In this document: positions 51,551 through 62,844 of the stretch, piece after piece
How the letters are laid out: every line of letters starts with the position of its first letter
Numbering within the stretch: position 1 is the stretch's first letter
Translations under genes and position numbers: made by a program
From: Bispira polyomma
Taxonomy: Eukaryota
Length of the DNA stretch: 64,000 nucleotides
Assembly (NCBI GenBank): GCA_965649765.1
Contig: OZ287749.1
Span: forward strand, 7,502,001-7,566,000
Direction of reading: 5' to 3'
Notes under the pieces: generated by a model
What the model was told of the DNA's origin: nothing
What the model saw: only the letters and a program-made list of their open reading frames with translations
Databases searched by the model: none

Positions 51551-51832
51551 GGTTTTTTCAAAGATCTGGATGCCATCAAACAGGAGTTCAGCCATTATCA
51601 CCACACAGGGGCCTGTGAAGGCGCTGCCTGTCCCCGCCCTCAGCTAGAACGCATGAATGTACGCTTTAACGAGCTTACCGTGAAGGAAGTGTCATTACTA
51701 CGGCGACTGGAGTATGAGGAGCTTAAGTTCAGATTGCTGGCGTTCTTGGTGGTCGCCGAGGCCAAACTAAAGACAGTACAAGTGAAATACGGTCACCAAG
51801 AGGAAGTCTACGCAATGTTACAGGACTATATT
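51551..51832 (+). CDS. SYNE1: Spectrin-repeat exon GFFKDLDAIKQEF...LKFRLLAFLVVAEAKLK...MLQDYI
   Basis: TTTTCAG / GTAAGT, phase 0-0. Confidence 0.94.
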
Positions 51833-52930
51833 GTAAGTCTATGCAATGTTACAGGACTATATTGTAAGTCTACGCAATGTTACAGGACTATATTGTAAGT
51901 CTATGCAATGTTACAGGACTATATTGTAAGTACACAATGTTACAGGACTATATTGTAAGTCTACACAATGTTACAGGACTATATTGTAAGTCTACACAAT
52001 GTTACAGAACTATATTGTAAGTCTACACAATGTTACAGGACTATATTGTAAGTCTACACAATGTTACAGGACTATATTGTAAGTCTATGCAATGTTACAG
52101 GACTATATTGTAAGTGTACACAATGTTACAGGACTATATTGTAAGTCTATGCAATGTTACAGGACTATATTGTAAGTGTACACAATGTTACAGGACTATA
52201 TTGTAAGTCTATGCGAGGTTACAGGACTATATTGTAAGTCTACACAATGTTACAGGACTATATTGTAAGTGTACACAATGTTACAGGACTATATTGTAAA
52301 TCTATGCAATGTTACAGGACTATATTGTAAGTGTACACAATGTTACAGGACAATATTGTAAGTCTATGCAATGTTACAGGACTATATTGTAAGTGTACAC
52401 AATGTTACAGGACTATATTGTAAGTCTATGCGAGGTTACAGGACTATATTGTAAGTCTACACAATGTTACAGGACTATATTGTAAGTGTACACAATGTTA
52501 CAGGACTATATTGTAAATCTATGCAATGTTACAGGACTATATTGTAAGTGTACACAATGTTACAGGACAATATTGTAAGTCTATGCGAGGTTACAGGACT
52601 ATATTGTAAGTCTACGCGAGGTTACAGGACTATATTGTAAGTGTTACAGGATTATATTGTAAGTGTTACAGGACTATATTGTAAGTGTACGCAATGTTAC
52701 AGGACTATATTGTAAGTGTATGCGATGTTACAGAACTATATTGTAAGTCTACGCAATGTTACAGGACTATATTGTAAGTGTACGCAATGTTACAGGACTA
52801 TATTGTAAATGTACGCGAGATTACAGGCCTATATTGTAAGTGTACACAATGTTACAGGACTATATTGTAAGTGTGCGCGATATTAGAGGACTATATTGTA
52901 AGTCTACGCAATGTTACAAGACTAGATTGT
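51804..52930 (+). repeat. 31-bp array spanning donor 51833, about 36 copies
   Basis: Unit CTACRCAATGTTACAGGACTATATT|GTAAGT. Confidence 0.95.
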
Positions 52931-53139
52931 ACGTGAAAGAATTATTTTTGTATGTAGGTATTAGTGAGCCAATCAATACCTGTACGCAAAGTTACAGGAT
53001 TAAATTGTACCATTGCGTGTTTTAGATATTAAACTATGCTTCAATCTACTTTTGGATTCTATTTCTATGTCTACATTAACTGTGCTCCTAACACAAAGAC
53101 TGAAGCAATCTTTAAAGAATCACTTGATAATCTGATGTT

Positions 53140-53371
53140 AGGACTAAGACCTAGTTATGTCAGTACAGTATCCCAGTATTCCAGCCCTTTACTGATGTAG
53201 TCTGTTGTTGTTCAACACTAACACCTAGTTTTCTTAGTACAGTGAACAAGTATTCCAGCGGTGTACTGTTGTAGTGAGTTGTTATTTAACACTAAGACCT
53301 AGATTTCTGAGTAAAGTATCCCAGTATTCCAGCCGTATATTGATGTATGTTCTTTTTGTTATTGCAGGACT
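53140..53371 (+). repeat. 74-bp array, 3 copies, last copy supplies the acceptor of exon 53368
   Basis: CTAA.ACCTAG at 53144, 53218, 53292. Confidence 0.8.
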
Positions 53372-53464
53372 TTGTCCATGCCAAGAAGCTGTTTGACCAG
53401 TATGACATCACATACAAGGACTGTAAACACAGGGCAGAGGCCTACAAGAAACTGGAACCCAAGA
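53368..53464 (+). CDS. SYNE1: Spectrin-repeat exon DFVHAKKLFDQYDITYKDCKHRAEAYKKLEPK
   Basis: TTGCAG / GTGAGT, phase 0-1. Confidence 0.92.
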
Positions 53465-53482
53465 GTGAGTGACACAAAAATA

Positions 53483-53665
53483 CTGTAGAACCTTTATTAT
53501 CCAAATTTCTATTATCCAAATATTCAGTTTTATGAATTCCTATCCACTCTACCAAATTTCAGTTTTCCTATTGTTTCATACAAAAATGGCTCTTTGAGTA
53601 GAAAGAAGTTTATATAATATAAGTTTGCAGAGTAGGGGGTTTGTTGAATAATGGAGGTCCCACTG
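53483..53665. mobile_element. MITE family 1 copy starting 18 nt after an exon donor
   Basis: TA|CTGTAGAACC...CCCACTG|TA. Confidence 0.65.
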
Positions 53666-53739
53666 TAGGTGCATTGACATATAGAACCTAGCTAATGTAT
53701 ATAAGCTGTGCATAGTTGATATCAGTACTTTACGTCAAA

Positions 53740-54085
53740 ATACATGTCTTCTACAGGATAGTTATTTGTGGTTAATCTGCAAAGAACTTGAGTGTGTCAA
53801 CATGTCCCTTGATGAGGGGACCGGCTACCGTATATTGATGAATTTGTTTAACCTTGATGATAGATCTATGTTATATTCTCTAAAACTACATTGTCTCTTT
53901 CCCATTCGGTAGACTCCAAGGCACTTTGTCAAGTCCCTTGATGAGGTAACTAAGCTACTGTATATTAATTAATTAATTTACCTTGATGACAGATGTGTGT
54001 TATACTCTCTAGTAATACATGTCTCTTTGCCGTTCGGTAGACTCCAAGGAACTTGAGCATGTCAACAAGTCCCTGGATGAGGTGA
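53740..54085 (+). repeat. ~128-bp duplication spanning acceptor 54040
   Basis: TTCGGTAG|ACTCCAAGG at 53912 and 54040; more degenerate copy near 53780. Confidence 0.85.
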
Positions 54086-54246
54086 CCGCGCGTTGGCAGG
54101 TGCTTAAGGTCGAAATCACCTCGGCTCAGACCAGTCTAGAGGAGACCGTGTCTTACTGGAAGAGATACAGCGCCTGTGTGGACATCTTCCAGGTGTTCTT
54201 AGCAGACGCTGAGAAACTATTAGACCAGCCAGCTTATGAGAGAGGG
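54041..54246 (+). CDS. SYNE1: Spectrin-repeat exon (N)SKELEHVNKSLDEVTARWQ...PAYERG
   Basis: CGGTAG acceptor, GTAAGT donor, phase 1-0. Confidence 0.88.
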
Positions 54247-55224
54247 GTAAGTGAATCAGACTTGTAACTGCAGGGAAATGCTTCCAATTTTTTTTTTGCT
54301 CCATTTTGCATGATAACCTTTTCGTTAGAAACTGGTGTTAAAAGGACTTATTTTACTCAACTTTGGTTTATATATACTAATTGGGAGATGCACGAACAAT
54401 GGAGATTTTATGAACTAGTGTTAATGATGTGGCTGTGGATTAACCACTCTTCCTCCCCCGAAAATAAATAAATAAAAAATATTTAAAAAAAATCCCAATA
54501 TTTATGTTTTATGTGCATAAATATGTCTTAAGCGGTATTATGACCCGACTTGTATTATGAACACTTGTGCACCGTAAACCCATCTATGAATTCACTTTAG
54601 AGTATAGGTGAGTAAAAGGAATTGTGGGTGAGATATATTTGGTCTTGCAAGGGTTAATATGGTTACAGAAATTGGTATGGTGATTAGAGGGTCCAGTAGT
54701 ATGATATATATAGTAGATTTGCTGTAACTAAATTCAAAACATGTGGAATTCATTTGTACCTATAACCAATTTTGGGGTCTCAACATTCAATAATAGTACA
54801 CAGTTAATAAGTTAGGTTCCATTACAAGTTGGCCATATCTAAAACCACATTCTGTGTATATTTGTCATTGGACTAATATAGTCTGCTGTACTAAATTGTT
54901 TCCTAAACTGCAGTAAACAAAATCCTATGTTTTACAGAAACTAGTTAATAGCAAGTTATATGCCTGTTTGTAAGTTTTGTATTGATCGTAGTCTTGATGT
55001 TGTATCTTCTTTTTTCAGTGAATGAAATTTTTTTTTTAGTTTATTTAATTTTCTGTTGTGTTGCAACTCCTCTTGTATATGACATAGTAGTGAATATGTC
55101 CTAGTATTTGTGTTTTTTTTTGGTTATTTTAAATATTATGAGTTGTGGATATTGTGGTATTAGTTAGACAAACGTGTGTGTATATTTGTTTGTATATATA
55201 TTATATCCTTCCTTCATCTGACAG

Positions 55225-55260
55225 GAACAGCTAATGGCTGCAGCAGTGAGTCACTTTACA
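55225..55260 (+). CDS. SYNE1: Candidate 36-nt cassette microexon EQLMAAAVSHFT
   Basis: Pyrimidine tract + GACAG acceptor, perfect GTAAGT donor, phase 0-0, no stop. Confidence 0.55.
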
Positions 55261-55495
55261 GTAAGTGGTTAGACCAGCACACACCAAACACCTTATATAA
55301 CTGTTATAACATGTTCTCAATTGTCTAACCCTCGATGTACAAATTTTGTTAATCTAATCTGACTTTAGCTGCTTAAGTTAACTTCCATGCTAGCCGTTTC
55401 TGAGAGATAAACAGTTCTAGAAATTGATGTTTATTAATCCTCTAGCCATTAAGCTGAAATAGAAAGAGGAAGTCAATCTTCTCAACATGCTCCCC

Positions 55496-55646
55496 ACCTG
55501 CTTCATAATCACTGGCCTCTCACCAACGTGGGTTCGAATCTCTTTTGTCCCTTTGGACTTGCTGCAGGTCCGTGGTTTGTTTTCACCATTGAATCTGGCC
55601 ATCGTTATTTGACCTCAGTTGATGATAGTGATGAAAAACCCAACTA
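55496..55646 (+). mobile_element. Degenerate SINE family B copy
   Basis: CTTCATAATCACTGGCCTCTCACC...GGTTCGAATC...AAAACCCAACT. Confidence 0.6.
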
Positions 55647-55714
55647 CTTGCAAATTCCTTACCACGCTTCCAGATGATTTTCACTAGTACGGACATGGAT
55701 ATCCAAATGTCTAA

Positions 55715-55965
55715 CGGGTCGCGGTGGCCTAGTGGTTAGCAAGCATTGCGCTTCACAATCACTGGTCTCTCACCTCTGGGTGGCGCGAGTTCGAATCCTG
55801 TCGATGCCTATGTGGGAAAGGTGTTAGTTCCTTACTCTGGGCCGCTGTTTTCAGTGCAGAACCTTGATCAACTGTCTGCAGTGTTTCCTCCAGCGTTTCC
55901 AACTACCCGTCCCAATATAACCTAAACAGGTACTAGAGTGGACGTTAAATATTCAAATTCAAAAA
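55715..55965 (+). mobile_element. tRNA-derived SINE family A, full length
   Basis: A box TGGCCTAGTGG, B box GAGTTCGAATCC, TTCAAA tail, TSD CC(A/G)AATGTCTAA. Confidence 0.9.
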
Positions 55966-56213
55966 CCGAATGTCTAATATAGGTCCAACTTGCCTAAAAG
56001 TTTGCCTAAAGTATTAACCTTACCATACGTAAAGCTATAACCACAGAAGTACATTCTGAAAAAAACATTAGGTATGCCTATTTACATAAAAGGCTTCCAT
56101 TTGAAGTGTTGATAAATGGGGTAAAGTATCTATATATGAAATTCACAATGAGGTGGTAAAAAAATATCAATTCACCCATCATAATCATATCTTCACATTT
56201 GTCCAACAGAATA

Positions 56214-56492
56214 CGGGGGGGGGGGGGGGGGGGGGGCTGCAGTGGCCTAGTGGTTAGCAAGCATTGCGCTTCACAATCACTGGTCTCTCACCTCTGGGCG
56301 GCGTGAGTTTGAATCCCGTCAATGCTTATGTGGGAAAGGTGGTAGTTCCTTACTGTGGGCCGCTGGTTTCTCTGCAGAACCTTGACCGACTGTATGCAGT
56401 GTTTCCTTCAGCGTTTCCAACTACCCGTCCCAATATAACCTACTAAAAGGTACTAGAGAGTGGACATTAAAATATCCAAGTTCAAATTCAAA
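56214..56492 (+). mobile_element. tRNA-derived SINE family A with expanded 5' poly-G
   Basis: A/B boxes, tail, TSD TCCAACAGAATA (56202, 56493). Confidence 0.9.
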
Positions 56493-57927
56493 TCCAACAG
56501 AATAGGGTAGGTCGTCTAGTGTGAATTTTACAATCACCCAGAAAGCAACTTTCATGTACAAAGGTTAGGGCTGTTGAAATATTTTCATCCTAAATTTCTC
56601 TTAATGTCTACATATAGTGAGGATTAATCGTAATATGCCTAATGCCTAGTTTGGTTTAGGAGTAAATTGTATGATAGTAGATAATTCTAATGCTAGTGTA
56701 GCTAACATTACAGTATAGATAGATACAGCAGCTAACATAGGGTCATATAATATGGCAACATTCTAACATGTAACTCTGTTCTAGCTGTTCTTGTTATCTA
56801 ATACAGAAGGCGATTTTATTTGTTTTATTGAAGTTGGTGTAGGTATTTGTGTCTTAAAAGTATATTGTCTTTTATAGGGTTGTAATGGGCCCCAAAAATG
56901 TGGCCTAGTAATCGCAAAACGTGTAACCATTTTGCATTGGGGTACTAGTGCATTTAGTATGAACCAGTCCCAGAAACTACGATACGAAATCCAACGAAAA
57001 AAAAATAGCAAATATGTGTTGGAAATATTGAAAATTATTAGGACAACTTATAGTAGCTTAAAAAATTAGACCAAAATTATTATTGTTTGACGAAGTGAAT
57101 TAGGATTATCGGAGATAGTGTAATAGAGTTCAACTATAGAACATACACATTTTCGAGTCCCTGAATCGATAGTATCACTTCGGTTTCTTAACAAATTAGG
57201 CCCAATGTCGAGTAGCAGAGAGCACTATCTCACCCAAGTAGTCTTCCTATTTTGTCAACACTGTTTTAAATCAGCTGAGATACAAAGTGATTCGAAAACA
57301 TACAAGTTTTAGTTGTTTTCCAAAAATCTTGTATGAGGTACATGTAATTTGAAATATATTGTTGTCTAAAGCTAATGTATTATTTAGTTTTACCGACAAA
57401 ATTGTGCAGTTTTTTGGGGGTACCCTATATTCTCTTATTGATTGATGTACATTGTAGATGATTTTTTTTGTACAGATGTGTTTAAATTTGTCAGTCTTTG
57501 TGAATATTACCAATTTTGTATGTTTGTAAGTCTTTGGAAATAGATGCAGTTTATGTGTTCAAGTCCTTGTGTAAAATGTTCTGGTCATAGGTTATATCTG
57601 TATGTCTTTGTAAGATGTCATGGGTATAATGATAAAATCAGCCTGTGTGTTTACTAATATGGTTCAACATAGAACCTCCATTATTTGAACTGATTTGTCA
57701 ATTTTAGGAACTCTTTTTCAATCTCCAAATTTATGTTTTCATAAGGAGCCTTGTTAATGTGAAATTTCACAACAGAATCCTTGCAGCATGTTCAGATAAT
57801 AGAGGTTCTAATCTGCATGTTATTGCTCTGTTCTCTGTAAGTCTGTGTGATGTGGTTATTATTGTAAACGAGCCTCTATGTTTACTAATGATGGTAAATT
57901 ATACAAGTCACTTCTCTGTTTGTTTAG

Positions 57928-58047
57928 GATTTCTTCAAAGAAGAGAATTTAGAAAAGTGGAAAGAGAAACACAAGACGTTAGAAGAAGCCAGTAACTTCC
58001 TGATAGAAGTGGTACAAGAACCCATAGGCAGAGACATTAAACAGCAG
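57928..58047 (+). CDS. SYNE1: Spectrin-repeat exon DFFKEENLEKWKEKHKTLEEASNFLIEVVQEPIGRDIKQQ
   Basis: TTTAG / GTATGT, phase 0-0. Confidence 0.93.
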
Positions 58048-58074
58048 GTATGTGTTAGAGGAAGCCACGGCTAT

Positions 58075-58460
58075 TTTAGTCCATTATCTCGGAAATAGTG
58101 CAAGATACAGTGATTTTGAGCTCATTTTTGACCCACAGGGCTGAATCTGTTTTTGTCAACTTTTCCCCAAAAAATTTGATTTGGCGGCCCTGGAATTTCT
58201 GCATCTTTTTCAAAAACGTCTGTTATCTCTGAAACCATGCTAGTTATAGCAATTTCAAGTTTATTTTCAACCCATAGGGCTTATTCAGCTTATATGTCAT
58301 CTTTTAAAAAAATTTCCAATCTTGGTGGCCATCTAGAATTTTTGCGTCTTTTTCGGAAACGTCTGTTATCTCGGAAAGGATGCTAGATAGAGCCATTTAG
58401 AACTCATTTTCGACCCACAGGGTTGATTTTGCTTAAATGTCAACTTTTCAAACAATTTGA
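58075..58460. repeat. ~140-bp tandem repeat, about 3 copies (resembles Helentron-associated repeats)
   Basis: Recurrent TTATCTC.GAAA...GACCCACAGGG blocks. Confidence 0.65.
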
Positions 58461-58877
58461 AACATTGTACACTAAACAACTTCATTATTGTTTCAACTTT
58501 AGGGACGCTTCGATACAACAGAGGATGCCTGGACATTGATAAACACTAACATTATGAAGGCGGGTCGTTTACAGTGTGGAATTCTTTGCCAACTATCCTG
58601 TACCACTTCACGGCAACAATAAACTGCTATGGTCATGATATGATACTTGGTTGTTGAAAGCAACATAAAATTCAAAATAGAATATATCTTAAAAGTAAAT
58701 ACTGGATTCATGTTGCATTTGGCGTATGAATACATAACATTAAACCTTAAGGCGAACACTAAGAACCCTAATACTGTGATAGTCGGAAGACCTACTTTCA
58801 ATTTGGCCACAGAGTGTCAAGTGTGACTTTAAGAATTTAGCCAATTTTTCTTATTTGTTATTTCTCCTGTGCTGTAG

Positions 58878-59081
58878 GTCCTGTTTATTCAGCGCCGTTT
58901 TGATGAAGTCACTGAGCGAGCCAAGTCACTCGTTACACAGGAAGTGGTGGACAAATCGCGGCGTGAGTACAATGTGGGGCTGGACGGTCTGTCGCAGTGG
59001 TTACAGAGAAACGATGATTTGCTGCAGGAGAAACTACCGTGTACACATGCCGCAGTGAGGGAACATATACAGGGTCTAGAT
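58878..59081 (+). CDS. SYNE1: Spectrin-repeat exon VLFIQRRFDEVTERAK...REHIQGLD
   Basis: CTGTAG / GTAAGT, phase 0-0. Confidence 0.92.
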
Positions 59082-59571
59082 GTAAGTATTGGCAGGGGTG
59101 TGGTCTGGTAAACTGAGGGGTGCTAGGTTCAGATCCTGGTAGTGGTAGGGGAGTATACACAGGCCACAGTGAGGGAACATGTACAGGGTCTGGATGTGAG
59201 TATTAGGAGGGGAGTGGTCTGGTAAACTGAGGGGTGCTGGGTTTAAGTCCTGGTAGTGGTCTGGTAAATTGAGGGGAGGTTGGGTTCAAGTCCTAGTACT
59301 GCTCAGGTAATGATCTGGTAATCCGGGGGTGCTGGGTTCATGTCCTAGTTATGGTCTGGTAATGGTCTGGTAATCAGGGGGTGCTGGGTTCATGTCCTAG
59401 TTATGGTCTGGTAATGGTGTGGTAATCAAGGGGTGCTGGGTTCATGTCCTAGTTATGGTCTGGTAATGGTCTGGTAATCAGGGGGTGCTGGGTTCATGTC
59501 CTAGTACTGGTAGAGGAGTGTACACACGCCGCAGTGAGGGAACATGTACAGAGTCTAGATGTAGGTATTGG
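59040..59571 (+). repeat. Compound array spanning donor 59082
   Basis: CAGTGAGGGAACAT.TACAG.GTCT.GAT|GT at 59082, 59196, 59561, with inner ~52-bp repeats. Confidence 0.9.
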
Positions 59572-60017
59572 AGCCCAATTTCCAATTTGGCCAATCTAAA
59601 GGTGGGCTATACACTATCCTAGTGTTAGGTTCAGGTCCTTAGAGGGGAGTGGTTTGGTGTACTGAAGGGGTTGGGTTCAACTCTTATTACTGCCAGGCTA
59701 GTACTAATAGAGTAGCGGCAAGAAAGTTGATTCAATGTGATCAAGGGATTTATAACATGCTTAGGCAAAATAAACATACTTTGGGATAAAAATAACAAGG
59801 ATTTTAAGGCCCAAAAACTTCTCAGTTATTTCCTTTCTGTCATGAAAGTCAGTTGTTATCTATATATTATGTAGTCAGATTTCTATATTGACAGTTGACT
59901 TACATTTACCTTAATCTATAATATATAACCACTTTGACGAATCTATTAGCAAAGTGCTATATAAGAACGGCTTGTTATGTTGACTTAGAGTTTATCTACC
60001 TCCCTTTTCAATTGCAG

Positions 60018-60137
60018 ACATCTATGACTGAGGTTGAGGAGGTTGAGAACCAGTTCAAACAGCTCTCAAAGATGGCACAGGGTCTGGTGAAAGACTCTCC
60101 TCAGGCGGCAATACAGGAGATGTTAAGTCAGCTCAAG
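60018..60137 (+). CDS. SYNE1: Spectrin-repeat exon TSMTEVEEVENQFKQLSKMAQGLVKDSPQAAIQEMLSQLK
   Basis: TTGCAG / GTGTGT, phase 0-0. Confidence 0.92.
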
Positions 60138-60807
60138 GTGTGTACATATAAAGTCAGCTCAAGGTACATAACTACATATACAGAATTGTGGTCTGTGTGT
60201 GATAAGCAATGTGATAGAATCCTGTGTAAAGATCCTTCCAGGTAGTGGTACCACAGGACACTGAGAACCTTAGTTGATCATGTTGTAACTTGAACTAGGG
60301 GTGAGGTTGACCTCAGGTAAGTCCAGGTTCAGTGAGGTTTGAGAATACAAAGACTGCATTCACATTCCTGTGCTTTGTTCATCACCACAATTAAACTATT
60401 AATTAAGTACACATACCTATGATTTCCTCCTAGGCTCTAAATACAAGTGCTACTCCAGTGTATATCAGGAAGGAGGCCAGTTCCTACTATGGACTTGGCT
60501 GGCTTTTATGTAGAGAGGTAGCCGACTCGATAGTATGAGAGGAGTTTAGCAGAAAGTAGTTACCCAATGAGCTTTTACATTATAAATATGAAAAGAACTG
60601 AAGAGTCGTATATATATTTAGAGGTGACAAAGTTCTAAGTATTGATTATTGATTCGTGAGAAAGAAAATTGATGTTGTCCTTAGGCTTTGTGGATGTTGA
60701 CTAATGTGATACATCACAATACAAAACTATAAAATTACATTTACACTTAAAATTCTTTTATTCTCTTCTGTTGGTGCACACGTTATCAGCTTTTGTTTCT
60801 TGTTTAG

Positions 60808-61011
60808 GTGATAAAGGAGCGCCTAGTGCGCATAAGGCGGGAGATTCCTGAGCGTATGAAGCCTATGAAGTCCCTCGTGTCCCAAGTGGAGTCGTTAGAA
60901 CACGGCATCACTGACCTCAAGAAGTGGATCTCTGAGGGGGAAGCGTTACTGGACACGCATAAAGTGGATGGCAATATCAACACAGTGGAAGACAGGCTGG
61001 AGAAACACCAG
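60808..61011 (+). CDS. SYNE1: Spectrin-repeat exon VIKERLVRIRREIPERMKP...EDRLEKHQ
   Basis: TTTAG / GTAGTA, phase 0-0. Confidence 0.92.
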
Positions 61012-61342
61012 GTAGTAAAACACCCTGATTGTAAGTGTCTGGTCAAATTATGGCTATGTGTAACGGCTTTATTATATTAATAATACAAAGAATAGCAAGT
61101 TTAAAACAGAGATAAATGTGTTATCAAATTATATAACAAATATTTGTGTATTTTAGATATTATATATTTATATTCTAATTTGATGCAGTTCCTTGGTCAG
61201 CTCCAAAGTGATCCAAGTCTAGTTCCAACATGTGGTTACTTTCAATCAGTGACGCAAGGTTTATTTCTGTCACTGTGACTTTCAGTTGTGTTTTTTATCC
61301 ATGTGACTTTCCACACTTTTGTCTACTGTGTATGACTTTCAG

Positions 61343-61486
61343 GGATATTTCAAGGACATTACCTACTACAAACAAATGCTGGAGAGTAAGAACAAGGTGT
61401 TCCAGAGAGTAAACAAAAACGGGGCCAAATACCTGAATGTGAGGGAAATGGAGCAACAGATGGTGGAGTTAAACCACGCCTTTCAG
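61343..61486 (+). CDS. SYNE1: Spectrin-repeat exon GYFKDITYYKQMLESKNKVF...ELNHAFQ
   Basis: TTTCAG / GTGAGT, phase 0-0. Confidence 0.92.
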
Positions 61487-61720
61487 GTGAGTCAAAGTCA
61501 ATTTTATCAACTAAGTGGATGGAGGAACAAATAGTGGAGTTAAATCACACCTTTCAGGTGAGTGAGAGTCAATTATATCAACTAAGTTGATGGAGGAACA
61601 AATGGTGGAGTTAAATCACACCTTTCAGGTGAATCAAAGTCAAGTATATCAACTAAGTGACTTGAGGAACAGATGGTGGAGTTAAACCACACCTTTCAGG
61701 TGAGTCAAGTCAAGTATCTC
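61449..61720 (+). repeat. 71-bp array spanning donor 61487, 4 copies
   Basis: CCTTTCAG|GTGA at 61487, 61558, 61629, 61700. Confidence 0.92.
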
Positions 61721-62041
61721 AAATATACCTACTGAAATACTGAAAAATCACTAAATATTAATAATCTTAGTTCTGCTGACGATTAGAGTCAATTTTTGCT
61801 TTGTAAAATGAAAAACCCATTTCTATTTAATGCAGTGTATTAATTTAAAAAATATATTGTTTAGATCTAGATCTGCCTCTATTGAATATTTATAGAACCC
61901 GATGGTGACCACCTGTGTACGTACTGAATGCCCTGGTACCCAACATTATGTTTACCCCATTTAATTAAGATTTCCAACCCTTTCAAACAAAGGCGTGTGT
62001 GACTCCCTATGTATACTGTGTAATGTTTTTCCTGTTTCTAG

Positions 62042-62209
62042 CACTGTATCAGTCGCTCCAAGGAGTGGCAGGCCAAGTTGGAGCGTGGCCTTCACCTCTG
62101 GAGACAGTTACAGGTGTGTGCTCAGCCCGTGGAGGAGTGTGTGACTGAGGCAGAGAATGTTCTAGAACAAGAAGGAGATCAAGTGGATGAACTTATCGCC
62201 AGCCACAAG
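62042..62209 (+). CDS. SYNE1: Spectrin-repeat exon HCISRSKEWQAKLERGLHLW...LIASHK
   Basis: TTCTAG / GTGAGA, phase 0-0. Confidence 0.9.
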
Positions 62210-62423
62210 GTGAGATGGGTAGATGACACAGTTTTATTTAGATCTTAGTATTGGAGTATAGTAAGACCAGGGGGAGCTATGTCAAATTTAAAGTTATTTT
62301 ACCACGGTTTCTTGGGTGTAAAGCAAAGCCTGATATTTTTACTAATCCTCACAAACATGGCAATTTTACCACCATTTCTATTACATCACCACCAAGGCAA
62401 GTTTAATACTCGTGACTCCCAAC

Positions 62424-62722
62424 AGGCGGCATTTGACCTATTATCCCCTCTGTTTTGGCGGTATGTGACCTACTGTACCTTTCTTTACTTAGTATCTGAC
62501 CTATTTTTCCTCCTATTTAGACAGTATTTGACCTGGTTTACCTTTCTTCGGGTAGTATTTGACCTATTTTCCGTCTTCATTTACGCAGTTTTTGACCTGG
62601 TTTACCTTTCTTAAGGTGGTATTTGACCTGGTTTATCTTTCGTTAGACTGCATTTGACCTATTTCTTGTCTATGTAGGCGTTATTTGACCTACTTTTCTT
62701 TTTTGCTAGGCGGTGTTTGACC
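62424..62722 (+). repeat. ~33-bp degenerate array spanning acceptor 62709, about 9 copies
   Basis: AGGCGGT.TTTGACC + pyrimidine tract units; the last copy is the exon start. Confidence 0.8.
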
Positions 62723-62844
62723 ACATGGATGTGCGACTACTGCGTGAGTTTGAGAAGGCCGCCCAGGACTTGTTACAGGTGCTTGACGCTGAAGACAAAG
62801 TGGACTTAGAACAGAGTATGAACACCCTTTCAGAAAGGTGGCAG
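62710..62844 (+). CDS. SYNE1: Spectrin-repeat exon AVFDHMDVRLLREFEKAAQ...LSERWQ
   Basis: TTTTGCTAG / GTAAGA, phase 0-0. Confidence 0.92.

Noticed and set aside
55715-55805. Possible tRNA gene (A and B boxes)
   Set aside because: Continues into a SINE body and tail and is flanked by a TSD; no clean cloverleaf
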